Below, in pieces: positions 1 to 12,005 of a stretch of DNA of 64,000 bases (its first letter is position 1; every line of letters begins with the position of its first letter). The stretch is from Histomonas meleagridis 2922-C6/04-290x (taxonomy: Eukaryota; Protista; Parabasalia). Below the pieces are notes generated by a model, which worked only from the letters and a program-made list of their open reading frames with translations, ran no database searches and was not told the origin of the DNA. The stretch covers positions 558,001-622,000 of the forward strand of contig JAANOX010000011.1 in the NCBI GenBank assembly GCA_020184695.1, given 5' to 3'. The position numbers and the translations under genes are program-made.

Positions 1-2766
1 AGTGTAATTTTTGATTCATATAAATCATTTGTGATTTTATTAAAACATTCTGATTCACGTACTGCTTCTAAAGCGTGTTTCTTAGCTTCTGATTTTTATC
101 GACCCAAATATTTAGAGCGTTTATTTCATTTTACGTTAGATTTCGAGTATATTAATTCCGATGGTGATAATATCATTGTCCATTTAATAAAACGTAAATC
201 TGATGAATTATTTCCAGCGTTATTAAAAGAATATCCGATATTAACTATAAAGGATTCAATTGGCGCAAGTATATTTCATTACGCTGCAAGTTCATCATCG
301 AATATTGTTAGTATATTAAAGAAAGACTTCGATTATAATGGTAAAGATAATGAAGGATTAATCCCACTATCATATGCGATTCGAGCTGATAGTCAAACAT
401 CAGTTGAAAGCATTAAAACTAAATCGGATTCGAATTGTGTAGATATTTTTGGTATGACGCCGATTTTATATTCATTTATGAGTAGTAACTTATTAAAGAT
501 TGATGATAAATCGAAAGAAATGCGATATAATATTAATGTTAAATTATTATATGAATCGCGACATTTAATTGAATCGAAATTAACATATTTCGATTATAAA
601 ATTAATGAAAAGAAAGAAATTGAATTTGATAAGAAACTTCAATTATATTCACCGAATTATCTCGATTCATTAACATCACAATTTGTTGAACTATTCTTAA
701 AGAAAACTAATGGCGTATTAAAAGGCGCTACAATATTACATGTCGCAATATTATTCACATTAACAAGTGGGAAATTTGCGGAATTATTAAAATATGCAAA
801 TGAATTAATTGATGTTCCTGATGAAGAAGGAAGGACTCCAATATTATTTGCGTCTATGTTACGAAGAGCTAATTTTGTTGCATTATTAATTAATCGGAAT
901 GCATCTATCTATTGTAAAGATAATTCAGGTAATTCTTTGTTTCATTATGTTGATGATCCTATAGTCTTTAAAAGTATACAAGATTTGCCGAATAATATAC
1001 ATATTAATTCTGATTATGTTAATAATAAAGGTGAAACACCTATACATATATATTGTAAAAATGGTTCTATTCAAGCATTAAAATTAATTATTTCGATTAT
1101 CGATGATTATTCAATATTATCATTACCGAATAAAGAAGGATTAACACCTATTGATTATGCATTAAAATCGAATTCTTTCGAATGTATGGAATTTTTACAT
1201 TCATTAGGAGTCGAAAATAAATTAATAACAGCAATAGAAAACAAGAAAATGCAAATTGCTACGAAACTTATTGAAAAAGGATATTCAGTCAATTCATCAA
1301 ATAAATTACTTTTCACACCATTACATACAGCTATTAATATTGGCTCTCCAGAAATTGTAAAATTTTTATTAGATAAAGGTGCAGATATTAATAAAGTATC
1401 AGCGAATGGTTTAACGCCATTACATTTAGCAGCGCAAAATAATAATTATGAAATGTGTTGTTTATTGTTAAATAAAGGAATTGATTTAATTGATAAAAAA
1501 CCTAATGAACAACCATATTTATTATCAACAGAACAAAAAGTTTATGATTTATTATTACATTATTGGAAACGTCAAATTATTATTAATGATTTAAATGAGT
1601 TTTGTTTCATAACACAACATGTAAGTGGTACAATTAAGTTAAGTTTATCAGAATTAATACGTATTAATGACACTACTCAAAAATATTATCAATTTATACA
1701 ATCATTTATTAAAGCTATAAATACTATTGAATCAGCTTCAACTAATTTTCGATCAATGAAGAATAATAATGAATATAATTTCATGACATCTATACATAAT
1801 ATATTAAATAATTTGGTTATCGATATTGATATTTATATAGAACAATTCCAACAATATATATTTATATCTGTTGATAACTTAGCTAATAATAACATAATCA
1901 AATTAACACATTTCCAATCATATTTCATATTTTTGTTACCTTTACAATGGTATATTTATATCGGAAAGTTTTTAAAGAAAATTTTCCCTTTGTTAATAAA
2001 TGATATCGATGACTTCGAACAATTCGATCGAATCCAATCGAATTTCTTACAAAAGATTCAAATGATTGATCCGATCATTAAATTAGTACAAGAAAAACTT
2101 TTGGAATTATTACCATCACAAAACGAGAAATTAATTATAACGAAATTGAACAAATATATAACAATTAAAAACGATTGTAACATAACAAATATTAATCGAA
2201 TTTATAAATTTATATTTTCGCCTCAAAATTATTTAAATGTATTAAAATCGTTCTCAAATAACTTCGAAATGCCAAGAACTATACCTTTCATTAATCAAGA
2301 ACATGTACATGTATATGTTATTGATGAATACTTTTTAATCGCAACTGCAAAAGAATATTTTTTGTTGCCTTTGTTTTTTATTAATGTGATAATGAGATCT
2401 GAGGATGATTATGACTTTGTGACGCCTTTAGGTAACTTTAGATTAACTTTCGATGAGTTCGATGGATTAAGTTTGTTCATGAAATATTCGTTGTTCTTTC
2501 ATATGAAAACTTTGCAGGAATTCGGTTTCGGCGAATGTTTACATGCACCGAAAAATTCCGTTTTCCAATGTTTAGTGGTATATCAGTTGAGAGGTGAGAA
2601 TCGAATACAGTTCCATAATATGACTGTAAGAGCGGCTCATGAATGCGAATGTTATGATTCGTGTTATGACAAAATTAGCGAATCATTACAAGAGCCGCCA
2701 GTGTTCTTTAATGTAAAGGCTGTAAATATAACAAATTTAAATAACGTAATTACATTGATATCTTAA
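1..2766 (+). CDS. Ankyrin-repeat protein with long helical C-terminal region (possibly DH/PH-like); 5'-partial
   Basis: Frame is open from base 1, with no stop before the tracked start at 31. Multiple ankyrin motifs (GRTPILFAS, GETPIHIYC, FTPLHTAIN, GLTPLHLAA). The C-terminal assignment is tentative. Confidence 0.8.
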   Translation, partial: SVIFDSYKSFVILLKHSDSRTASKACFLASDFYRPKYLERLFHFTLDFEYINSDGDNIIVHLIKRKSDELFPALLKEYPILTIKDSIGASIFHYAASSSSNIVSILKKDFDYNGKDNEGLIPLSYAIRADSQTSVESIKTKSDSNCVDIFGMTPILYSFMSSNLLKIDDKSKEMRYNINVKLLYESRHLIESKLTYFDYKINEKKEIEFDKKLQLYSPNYLDSLTSQFVELFLKKTNGVLKGATILHVAILFTLTSGKFAELLKYANELIDVPDEEGRTPILFASMLRRANFVALLINRNASIYCKDNSGNSLFHYVDDPIVFKSIQDLPNNIHINSDYVNNKGETPIHIYCKNGSIQALKLIISIIDDYSILSLPNKEGLTPIDYALKSNSFECMEFLHSLGVENKLITAIENKKMQIATKLIEKGYSVNSSNKLLFTPLHTAINIGSPEIVKFLLDKGADINKVSANGLTPLHLAAQNNNYEMCCLLLNKGIDLIDKKPNEQPYLLSTEQKVYDLLLHYWKRQIIINDLNEFCFITQHVSGTIKLSLSELIRINDTTQKYYQFIQSFIKAINTIESASTNFRSMKNNNEYNFMTSIHNILNNLVIDIDIYIEQFQQYIFISVDNLANNNIIKLTHFQSYFIFLLPLQWYIYIGKFLKKIFPLLINDIDDFEQFDRIQSNFLQKIQMIDPIIKLVQEKLLELLPSQNEKLIITKLNKYITIKNDCNITNINRIYKFIFSPQNYLNVLKSFSNNFEMPRTIPFINQEHVHVYVIDEYFLIATAKEYFLLPLFFINVIMRSEDDYDFVTPLGNFRLTFDEFDGLSLFMKYSLFFHMKTLQEFGFGECLHAPKNSVFQCLVVYQLRGENRIQFHNMTVRAAHECECYDSCYDKISESLQEPPVFFNVKAVNITNLNNVITLIS

Positions 2767-2918
2767 AATGGATTTATTTTGTTTTATAAAATATATTATT
2801 ATGTAAAAACTTTTTTTTTGTTTTTGAAATGTTTCGATGATATTTATGTGATGATGAAATATATTTAACTCGAAAAAAAATTGATAATTTTATATATTTA
2901 AAACATTATTTATGAAAA

Positions 2919-4595
2919 TTATAAAGTTGCTCCCTTATCAATAAGTAAGTTGACACCTTCAGTGAAACCACTATTATATGCAGAAAGAAGTGCAGATTTA
3001 AAAAAATTGAAAAAATCCCAAATATTAAATAAAAACAAAATATTATTAAAGTAAATAATAAACATAAAAAACAAAAATTTTGTGCAAATACATCAATTCC
3101 TTCATGTTCAAGAAGTAATTTGACTGTTTCTATTTGTCTTCCACAAGTTGCATACATAAGAGCTGTTTCACATATTAATAACAATTTCCATATATTCAAT
3201 TATAATAATAAATGATCAAAACAAAAATCAAATTATACGAAAAAATATCTCTAGCATTAATATCAATTTTATTTTGTTCAAGTAACAATTTAACTATTTC
3301 TGTGTAACCAAACATGGATGGCAACATAAGTACTGTTTTAAATAACTTAAATAAATACCAAATATAATTATTAAATATCAAATCATAAAAAATAACAGAA
3401 AACAAAACAAATTAATATCTATAAAAGTGATATCGATTCCTTCTTGATTTAAAATATATTTTACTAATTCAATGTTTCCGGATTGAGATGAAAAGAATAA
3501 AATATCTTTCCGAATTGGATATTCTTTTAGAAAATGTTTTGTAAGATATAAATTTCCAATTCGTGCTGTTTCATTAATGACATTTTTAGTTATTGTTAAA
3601 CCATTTTCAATTAAAAACAGAAAAATTTCATAGTTATAATGTGTAATACATTTTTTTCCTAATTGTTCTAAGTTTTTGATTTCTCCTATTTTATTTTCAT
3701 AAAGATAATGAAAAAGATCATTTTTATGGAATTCAATTGCTGCTTCATATGCATTTTGAAATGATGAATGATTTTGTTCACATAAATGAATAATTTCTTC
3801 ATTTCCACCTATAATTGCATATTTTCCTGTATTATTTACATTTGCACCATTCATAAGTAAATATTTAAAACATTTAACAGAAGAAAAGAATGCTGCATAA
3901 TCAATTAATGATACATTATATTGATTAATAAATGAATATCTTTCATAAAGTGATGGTTCAATTGTTTGATTAAAATCGAAGTTTGTTTCTGATGATATTT
4001 CTTGAAGTTTTTCGATTTCATCATTTCGAATGATTTTTGAAATTTCATTTTGATTAACTCCTTCTTTAATTAATTGTTTATGAAGTTCCCAATCATTCTT
4101 TGAAAGTTCTTCATAGTTTTCTTTGATTTGTTTAATATATTTAGAATATTTAATGGATGCAAATTTTTTTTCAGACATATATTGAACAAAATATGGATTA
4201 TTCATAGGTCTGATAAGTTCGGGCTCAATAATTTTATCTTCTAGCATATTAAATAGCATATAATTTGCTTCACTAGAAGCTTTTCTAACAAGAAATCGTG
4301 AAAATACATCAAATATATTTGATTTGCTTTTGTTGTTTTCTTCAAATATTCGAATTTGCTTCAAAAAATTTATATATGTATCAGGTTCATTCATTTTCAA
4401 AACAAACAATGTGTATACCAATTGACTAATAATTAAATCAAAAGAAAAATAATGTTTTTCATCAAACTTGTTAATTAATAAACTCGCTAATTTAACGATA
4501 TTTCCTTCGTTCAAGCTAAAAAATATTTGCTTAATATATTGAAGTATTTCCAATTTTTGAGATTTTTGATTTATCTTTTGCTCAGTTTTTTTCAT
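2919..4595 (-). CDS. DUF3447/ankyrin-repeat protein; last three ankyrin modules separated by 80-nt spacers
   Basis: Intact 405-aa N-terminal ORF with DUF3447-type motifs (SLIDYAAFFSSVKCFKYL, AIIGGNEEIIHL). Modules follow at 3247-3336, 3077-3166 and 2919-2996 (SALLSAYNSGFTEGVNLLIDKGATL*). Spacers are at 3337-3416, 3167-3246 and 2997-3076. Confidence 0.75.
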
Positions 4596-5631
4596 TAAAA
4601 CATATTACAAAAGTGGCAATGAATTGTTTCATATCACAATTTATCGTACTCACTTTTTGAATTCGTGATGTTCATTTCACATCATATTGGCCATTTTCCG
4701 TTTCAAGTTGGCCAACCGTTTTCTATCGTAATTCTCAAAATTCAAGGTCTCTTTGGTGGTTTTGACCCAAATAGAAGGTATGCAGGTGATGATGATTATA
4801 AGCATTTTAATCTTCCACATTTCATATATTCTGAAAGAATGTTTTTATCAATGCATGGACCTGTCACCAAAGAAGAAGAGCGTACATAAAAAAATTCGTT
4901 AAGAGAATAATTCATAAATATTAAAAATCAATATATAAATTATGAAACAAAAGACAAAGAGAATAATAGAAATATAAGAAATAAAAATGATATTCATAAT
5001 TTTTTTTTTCATAAAGAAAAATTTAAACTAGAAATTGTGCTTCGTTTTCGAAAAGGACATGCTCCGATAAATAAACGGTCGAAAATTGTACGTTAATATC
5101 ATAAAAATAAACTAATTTTTCTCCATGCCTTTTCAAGACTTGAAATAAAATGATACATTACATAAATCCATGTTTTAAGTGTGCATGTTTAAGGTAAGTT
5201 TTAGATGAAAATATTCAATTTTTAATTTTTCCTTCTCTTTATTGATCACTTTATATTTCCATCAAAAATTAATTTTATCAATTTATTTTTTCATAAATAT
5301 GACCTACATTGGTTCTAGCATATTTCAACAAAGTTATATGAAATTTCATAAGAGGGATTTTTTTTAATGGAATTACGATATATACGCAAAATTTCAAAGA
5401 TATGTCTTTGTAAAATTTTCGAAATGTAATTAATTTTTTTGAGATTTTCAAAATTTCGTTTGATGCTTCGTGTGATTAATAAATTAATTTATAAAGTTTC
5501 AATAGTTTTCCAAAAAAGTGTTATTTTTGAATACGTATCGGATGGGTTTAACCGTTACATCAATTGGCTATTGCAGTTTATACAAAACAACAAATTTCTA
5601 TCGTTTAATACAAAAATTCAACCCGAAAAAT

Positions 5632-6216
5632 TTATGGAAGAATAAAATCATTTCCTTCATCATTCAAATACATCATTGCACTGTTAAAAAACGTCATGAA
5701 AGGCAAGTGCTTTGTTAAACCTTTTGAGTTTTGCAAAAAAGATCCTACAAAACATGTCGCAATGTTTGCTGGACCCATTTGATTAACTGCTGCTTGGTCA
5801 AAAACAAGCTGGATAACTGCAAAAATTGAAGCAAGACATTTTCGATTTGTTACAGGAAGATTCTTTAAAAGTGTAACAATTGAACCTTCATCGTCCGGAT
5901 TGTAAATGTCATTCAGGAGATTTGGAGGGATAAGTGGAACAGGAAGGTCGCGAAGCCATTGCTTGAGAAATGAAGAAACATCATGAACTGAAGCACAAGG
6001 TGGTACAGCACATTCAGGAAGATTGAATATTATACCAAGATCTTGTACCATTGTGTGATTTCCGCATAATCTAAAAATTCCGACACAATGCGAAAAATTC
6101 ATTAAATATTCGCATACAACTGGAATGAAAACAGGTAAGTCATCATCGTTGAGAAGGAGTTGCTCAATCGGCATCTTAAAAAGAGTTGGTACTTCAATGC
6201 ATTCAGGTTGCTCCAT
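5632..6216 (-). CDS. RhoGAP domain protein
   Basis: GIFRLCG arginine finger, HDVSSFLKQWLRDLPVPLIP and NQMGPANIATCF motifs. Confidence 0.9.
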   Translation of the reverse strand: MEQPECIEVPTLFKMPIEQLLLNDDDLPVFIPVVCEYLMNFSHCVGIFRLCGNHTMVQDLGIIFNLPECAVPPCASVHDVSSFLKQWLRDLPVPLIPPNLLNDIYNPDDEGSIVTLLKNLPVTNRKCLASIFAVIQLVFDQAAVNQMGPANIATCFVGSFLQNSKGLTKHLPFMTFFNSAMMYLNDEGNDFILP

Positions 6217-6507
6217 TGGTTATTAAAATAACGGTTCTATTATATATATAAAATAAGTTTTAGAATTTCAAAACCGTCAAAAGGAATAACATTAATCAAT
6301 GATAAACTTTTGTAAAGAAATGAAATATCGTAAGATTAGGTTTAACATTTCATCAATTCTCATATAAAATAATTTTAAAAGGTAGTCATGGTGACATCTT
6401 TGCTGAAGTTTGAATAACTTTTTGAATTAAAAACAAAAGTCTGTTGACCGTTAAAATACGTTTTAAATAAAAAGTGACAATTGTAAACTTTTATTCAAAA
6501 ACCATTT

Positions 6508-7110
6508 CTAGCAACAAGACTTCTTTTCTTCATTATTATTTTCTTTGTTTTCCAAATTTACTGTTTGTTCTTCGTTTTTAGGCTTTTCTAAGCTGCTGCA
6601 TACTTTCGCAGCCTCATAGAAAATTTCTCTAACACCATATCCGGAGCTGGCCGAGGTCATGGAATGAGTTGAACAATTAAACTCAGTAACATGTTGGTTT
6701 CCTCTGGCAACACAGTCAATTTGTTGATCTTGCGTAAGCATATCTACTTTTGTTGTAACAAGTAATATCTTACAATCAGGAACTTGTTCTCTAACTCTTG
6801 ATATCCACATTTCAATAGTGTCTTCTCTTTGTGTATCATAACAAACCAAAGCGACGTTTGAATTTCGATAAAATGTTCGAGAAAGTGATTGATAACATTC
6901 TTGTCCTGCAGTATCCCATATATGAAGGTTAATTTTTTCACCTGCCAAATTTATTGATGTTATGAAAGAAGCTGGAGCAACAGTTGACGATTCCTGATTT
7001 TCAAAAGCAGTCCCGAAAAAAACTCTAATGAGAGATGTTTTACCTACGCCACTGGATCCTACCAAAATCACTTTAAATGAACCTGGTTCTTGGGCTCCAA
7101 CAGTTGACAT
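6508..7110 (-). CDS. Rab-family small GTPase
   Basis: GSSGVGKTS P-loop, WDTAGQE and C-terminal CC prenylation motif. Start trimmed to MSTVGAQ (ATG at 7110). Confidence 0.92.
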   Translation of the reverse strand: MSTVGAQEPGSFKVILVGSSGVGKTSLIRVFFGTAFENQESSTVAPASFITSINLAGEKINLHIWDTAGQECYQSLSRTFYRNSNVALVCYDTQREDTIEMWISRVREQVPDCKILLVTTKVDMLTQDQQIDCVARGNQHVTEFNCSTHSMTSASSGYGVREIFYEAAKVCSSLEKPKNEEQTVNLENKENNNEEKKSCC

Positions 7111-7580
7111 GGGAAAAATATATTTTGCTTCGTAAAAACCGCTAAAACTCGACATAACCGCCACGATAGGCAAACCAAGCCAAATCCACAGAAGATTTTG
7201 ACAACAAGAACAATTTCGTTCAGAAAAAGAAAAAAACATCTCAATTTTGAATGTATCGTGCTTTACAACTGTTTAGCTCTTTTTAAATGGTCAGAATAAC
7301 CTCCAATTTCAATGACTATACGTTTATTTTTATCATAAAAAAGTTCGTTTTCTTTTCCCTTTTGGTAATTAAATCGATGCTCTTTTCTTAAATTTTATTA
7401 TATTTTGAGGTTAAAGTTTTGTAAACTTTTTTGTTCTCTTTTTTTTATTGTTAATTGAAAAGTTACCAATAATTAAATCATAATGATCAACAAATATAAT
7501 TGAACCTTAATTCAAATTTAAAAACAAATAAATATTTACTTAAAATTGAAAACACATAAAAAAATTATTCGAATGATAAA

Positions 7581-8576
7581 TCACTTTCTTCTTGTAATGA
7601 ATTTTTTCCATCCGAAATAACCACAAGCGGCAACCGCCAAAACCGCAACCGTTGCTATGGCATAGTCAACAAGACTCGTGTCGTCAAATTCGTCAAGGAG
7701 CTTCTTTGCTTCTTGACTCTTGTACACATCAACCACAAACTTTAGCAGGATCTTTCCTTTCTTTGGCTGTGACTTAAATCCTTTACATCCATGCAAATAC
7801 ATTTTCCCAAGTTCCAAAAAAGAATTTGGATTACCATTTCTACAAAGACCGCAAAGAAGATTCTCTGCAAGGACTGGATTTCTATAGTTAGATTCAACTG
7901 TCCAAAGAAATTTTGCTAACTCTGATGTGCAATCTTCATTTCCATGATCCAAAACAGAATGTGAAAGCCAAAAAACAGCATTTGGATAATCTTGGACGTT
8001 CAAGAAATATTTCCCCATGAAGTATTGCGCATTTGGTTCGCCTTCAAAAGCAGACATTGTTCCCCATTGTTTAAAGAAATCGAGTCGTGAGTGACGGATC
8101 GAAAACATTGCTAAGAAAAACATCGAGTGTGGATCTACGTTACTTCCTCCTCTAATGAGCAAAGGAAAATGAGCTGTTGGATGAAATGTGAGAATTGTTG
8201 AATTGTCTTTGAACGAAATATCAATGTCTTCAATTGGAGCCCACCATTCACCCGAAAGCTTTGGTGAGCTGATTGTGTTTTCAGTAACAGATACATTGGA
8301 TGGCTCAACATTTTTCAAAATGACTGTGATTTTTGATTTTTCTGTGCTTAATTCCCATACCCAGTTGATAGAATCTCGATACGGACATATGGTTTCGTAC
8401 GAGTGAAGTTCGGTTTCTGGAATATCTAGTTTATTTAAAAATGAATAAAATTGAATAAAGCTCACTTTTTCCCGATAAAGCCCTTCAAGATCAGCTTTTT
8501 TCATTAGCTCACTTAACTCGTTGGCAATGGAAATTACCTTTGATGGTGTGAGAGCAGATTCAGATAAATTTTCCAT
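7581..8576 (-). CDS. Sel1/TPR-like helical repeat protein with C-terminal transmembrane tail anchor
   Basis: AQYFMGKYFL...AVFWL and FLELGKMYLHG Sel1-like repeats. Hydrophobic C-terminal segment followed by a basic KKFITRRK tail. Start inferred at MENLSES. Confidence 0.6.
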   Translation of the reverse strand: MENLSESALTPSKVISIANELSELMKKADLEGLYREKVSFIQFYSFLNKLDIPETELHSYETICPYRDSINWVWELSTEKSKITVILKNVEPSNVSVTENTISSPKLSGEWWAPIEDIDISFKDNSTILTFHPTAHFPLLIRGGSNVDPHSMFFLAMFSIRHSRLDFFKQWGTMSAFEGEPNAQYFMGKYFLNVQDYPNAVFWLSHSVLDHGNEDCTSELAKFLWTVESNYRNPVLAENLLCGLCRNGNPNSFLELGKMYLHGCKGFKSQPKKGKILLKFVVDVYKSQEAKKLLDEFDDTSLVDYAIATVAVLAVAACGYFGWKKFITRRK

Positions 8577-8810
8577 AAAACCAAATGCCAAAAATATTTT
8601 CTCACAAAAATATATGACATGTTTTTTCTCAACATAATTTTCTTTTTTCTTGTTTTCAACCATAAATAATTTTACGGACACAAAAGATTAAAAAAAGAAT
8701 TTGCAATTTTTATATATTTTTTGAGTAATAATTACCAAAAAAATAAATTTTATTTTTCAATATTGATCTGAACACACACATATTTTTCTACTAACACAAA
8801 TCGCAAGTAA

Positions 8811-9512
8811 TCATTTCGCAGTTCGAAAATCATAGCTTTGGCACATTACAATTTCCATCTTTGGTTTTGTCGTTTTAACTGCTTCTTCCAATGGAATAAA
8901 GTCAACAACTTCAGTGTTGAATAGTTCCCTTTCGTATTGTATGGAAACGAGCGGAAACAATGATTCTTTGTTTTGATTTTGTTGTTGTTTTGGAGCTTCT
9001 TGGATATTAATATCTGAGCGGCGTATATTGGCTTCTGTTGCTATAAGTCGCGGGGTCTGTGATATGTACATTGCAATTTCTGTATCTTCTGGATAAACAA
9101 GTATTAACCAATCTTTTGCAGTATTTTCACCAACAAGAGGAACAACCAAGTTTTGATATTTTTCTTGGGCATCTTTCCATCCTTCTCGGTGAAGTGAGCT
9201 AATAGTTCTATTTCTTGGGATCATTAATTGTAATTGTAACATATTTAAATTAAGAGCGATTTTTCGTTTTTTTAAAATAATTATTCCCATAGATCTTAAA
9301 ATTGGAACTGGTCTTGTTGAAGAATCATTAATAAAATTTAACGTAAATTTTAAATCGTCTGTAAGCGCCATTAAGTCCTGACTTTGCTTTTGTCTTTGCC
9401 GTAATGCATTGAAGTGCGTACGCACCATTTTACAAATTTTTTCTTCGTTTTCTGTAAGATTTGTTGTTTTGATCATCTGAAAGTTTATGGCTGATTGTAC
9501 GATAGAGACCAT
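8811..9512 (-). CDS. Initiator-binding-domain (IBD, IBP39-like) protein, divergent
   Basis: Pattern LTENEE...LNFI...RSMGIIIL...IALNLNML...TISSLHREGW resembles the parabasalid IBD family. Confidence 0.5.
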   Translation of the reverse strand: MVSIVQSAINFQMIKTTNLTENEEKICKMVRTHFNALRQRQKQSQDLMALTDDLKFTLNFINDSSTRPVPILRSMGIIILKKRKIALNLNMLQLQLMIPRNRTISSLHREGWKDAQEKYQNLVVPLVGENTAKDWLILVYPEDTEIAMYISQTPRLIATEANIRRSDINIQEAPKQQQNQNKESLFPLVSIQYERELFNTEVVDFIPLEEAVKTTKPKMEIVMCQSYDFRTAK

Positions 9513-9724
9513 ACATTCAATTTTGCAGATTGTGACATGTTAATTTGCTTTTCTCGCATTACTGTTAACGGCTACCAATGAAATTACAAAAAAAAAAAAA
9601 AAAAAATCTTTTTTAATCACTCGATGTGTTAGTCAAATCTCAAATGATGATTTACGTCCTTTTACATGAAATTTGAATATTATGGAATCGGTCTGCAGTT
9701 GTGTAATTGATTCATTATTTTGAA

Positions 9725-9815
9725 GTCCAAAATAATAAAAATAAATATCAAACAAAACAAATAAATATTTTTGGCATTCATATCAATTTCTTCTTGTTTA
9801 AGAAGTAATTTAACA
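9725..9815 (-). pseudogene. Isolated relic of an ankyrin module plus the start of the 80-nt spacer
   Basis: Reads VKLLLKQEEIDMNAKN followed by ATTTATTTGTTTTGTTTGATATTT, matching the spacer 5' end, then truncates. Confidence 0.7.
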
Positions 9816-10494
9816 ATATATATACGATTACTATACAACCAGTTAATTTAGACAAAAAGCAAATTCTTCCCCTCAATCGTGCGCAGATAATTCACTTTAA
9901 TTTCATGAAATTTAACTCAGAGGAAAATGAAAAAAATAATTTTATTTTTAAACGACCGTTTATTTATATGACACGATCTTGTTTGGCCGGCCAGGATAAC
10001 CCTGGTCGTTTTATAAAACTGCATATTTTGATCATAATCAATTGAAAATGTTTTCTTAATTTATTTGTCCGCATTATGCCATGTTGTATACTTTATTGAT
10101 CGTTGTTTTACCTTTCGACAGTCAATCCAAAAAAATATTCAATATTTATAATGTTTTTTTCATGTGAAAAGATCAAACAGCTGTAACAGATATGAGGAAA
10201 GTGTATTATAGCATAATTGTGAATAATTCAAAATTTGCATGATGAAAATTTTACGAAATGAACTTAATACGCACTGAACCCCTCCATTAATTTCATGTTT
10301 GCATTTTTGACTCAAAGACGAAATTAATTTCCAATCACCACAAGTTTTCTTGATTCTATGTCAAAGAAACAGTGACGGTTATTCGTCCTGAGGTTTTGTG
10401 AAAACACGAAGAAAACAATGTTTATTCAGAAAATAATTCTTTGCTTCAGAAAATTCAAATAATTGTGTTTCAAATTTCTGCGATCAGAAATGTG

Positions 10495-11547
10495 ATGAAC
10501 AACAAAATGAATGATTTGATTTGCCAAATTCTTCAATCGAGAACAGGATGTTGTAAATCTATAAGCAAGCTAATTAGTTACGATAAAATTATAGATTTAA
10601 TTTACATTGTTAAACCAATTTTAAAAGATGAACCAATCATATTAAACATTAAAGCCAATCTTAAAATTGTTGGTGACATTCATGGGAACATTGATGACGT
10701 TCTTCGTATATTTGAGAAATCAGGGTATCCACCATATACCAAGTATTTATTTTTAGGTGATTACATTGATCGAGGAAAATTTGGAGTTGAAGTTTTAATA
10801 TTATTATACTCACTCAAAGCAAAGTATCCTAATGACATTTTTCTTCTTAGAGGGAATCATGAAACCTCATTGCTACCAAAATTTTATGGTTTTTTTAAAG
10901 AATGTTGTTCAAAATATAATGGAATTCTTTATCATGAATTTATTGATACATTTCAATATCTCTCGATTGCAGCAGTTGTTAACGAAACTATTTTTTGTGT
11001 TCATGGAGGTATATCAGAAGATTTACATTCATTAACAGATCTTTCAAAAAAATCAAAAATAGAAGACATTGAAAACGATAAAATAATAAACGATTTACTT
11101 TGGAGTGATCCTAATTCATCAATTAATGGTTTCGTACCAAACACACGTGGAGCAGGTTCTTTTTTTGGTGAAGATGTTCTTCAGATGTTTTTGAGGGAAA
11201 ATTCATTAAAAACTTTGATCAGGTCACACCAAATGTGTGAAAAGGGAATTGACTTTCCATTTCAAAGCAAAATTTGTTATACAGTTTTTAGTAATTGTGA
11301 TTATTGTGGATGTAATAATAATGGCTCGATTTTGTCTATCGTTAATAGTGATGAAATTCTTAATGAAGATTTTTATCCACTTGATAAAGAAGAACAAAAT
11401 AATCGAAGAGTAATATTGCCATTATGGTTAATTGAAGAACAAGCAACTTATAAATTTAAGTTGAAGGATTTGGATAAGATAATTATCGATGAATCGCCTG
11501 ATATACCATTGGATATTGGTAATGAAATAAGTTTGTTTTTATATTAA
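10495..11547 (+). CDS. Ser/Thr protein phosphatase, PPP family (PP1-like, divergent)
   Basis: GDIHG, GDYIDRG, RGNHE, HGG, LWSDP and RSHQ motifs. First in-frame ATG at 10495. Confidence 0.92.
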   Translation: MNNKMNDLICQILQSRTGCCKSISKLISYDKIIDLIYIVKPILKDEPIILNIKANLKIVGDIHGNIDDVLRIFEKSGYPPYTKYLFLGDYIDRGKFGVEVLILLYSLKAKYPNDIFLLRGNHETSLLPKFYGFFKECCSKYNGILYHEFIDTFQYLSIAAVVNETIFCVHGGISEDLHSLTDLSKKSKIEDIENDKIINDLLWSDPNSSINGFVPNTRGAGSFFGEDVLQMFLRENSLKTLIRSHQMCEKGIDFPFQSKICYTVFSNCDYCGCNNNGSILSIVNSDEILNEDFYPLDKEEQNNRRVILPLWLIEEQATYKFKLKDLDKIIIDESPDIPLDIGNEISLFLY

Positions 11548-12005
11548 GTAATTCTTAATTAAATAGAAAAATGGATAAATTGTTTGGAATTTATATGAAA
11601 GAAGAAAAATATCAAATAAAAATGTCTTAAAATTAAAGCTACTTAAAGAAATTCATTATAAAATATAATTATAGATTAAAGTAAATAAAATTTTAATAAA
11701 AATAATAAATTTTTTTTCATAGTTATATCAGATTTATTGTGTTTTTGGCATTTCATCTTGTGACAATCATAGAATTCTTTTTTGGTCATTCCTTTGATTT
11801 TTTCAAATCCAGATTTTGCATTCATAATGACATTTCATATTTTGTATTTATTAATGACTCAATTTTTTTCATTTAAAAATTTCATCATGTTTTCATTAAT
11901 ATATAATATATTAATTTTATATATTAATTGTTAATACAAGCAAAATATTTGGAAATGATTCATTCTTTCCTTCCCACTCATTAATTATTTCATGATAGAT
12001 TTGCA

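Noticed and set aside
4665-4889. 74-aa ORF divergent from the DUF3447 gene (also 45345-45566)
   Set aside because: No recognisable motif, and the length is compatible with chance
9950-10011. Short GC-rich hairpin and 8-bp inverted repeat (AAACGACC/GGTCGTTT, GGCCGGCC)
   Set aside because: Too short to distinguish from chance, with no second copy or target-site duplication seen
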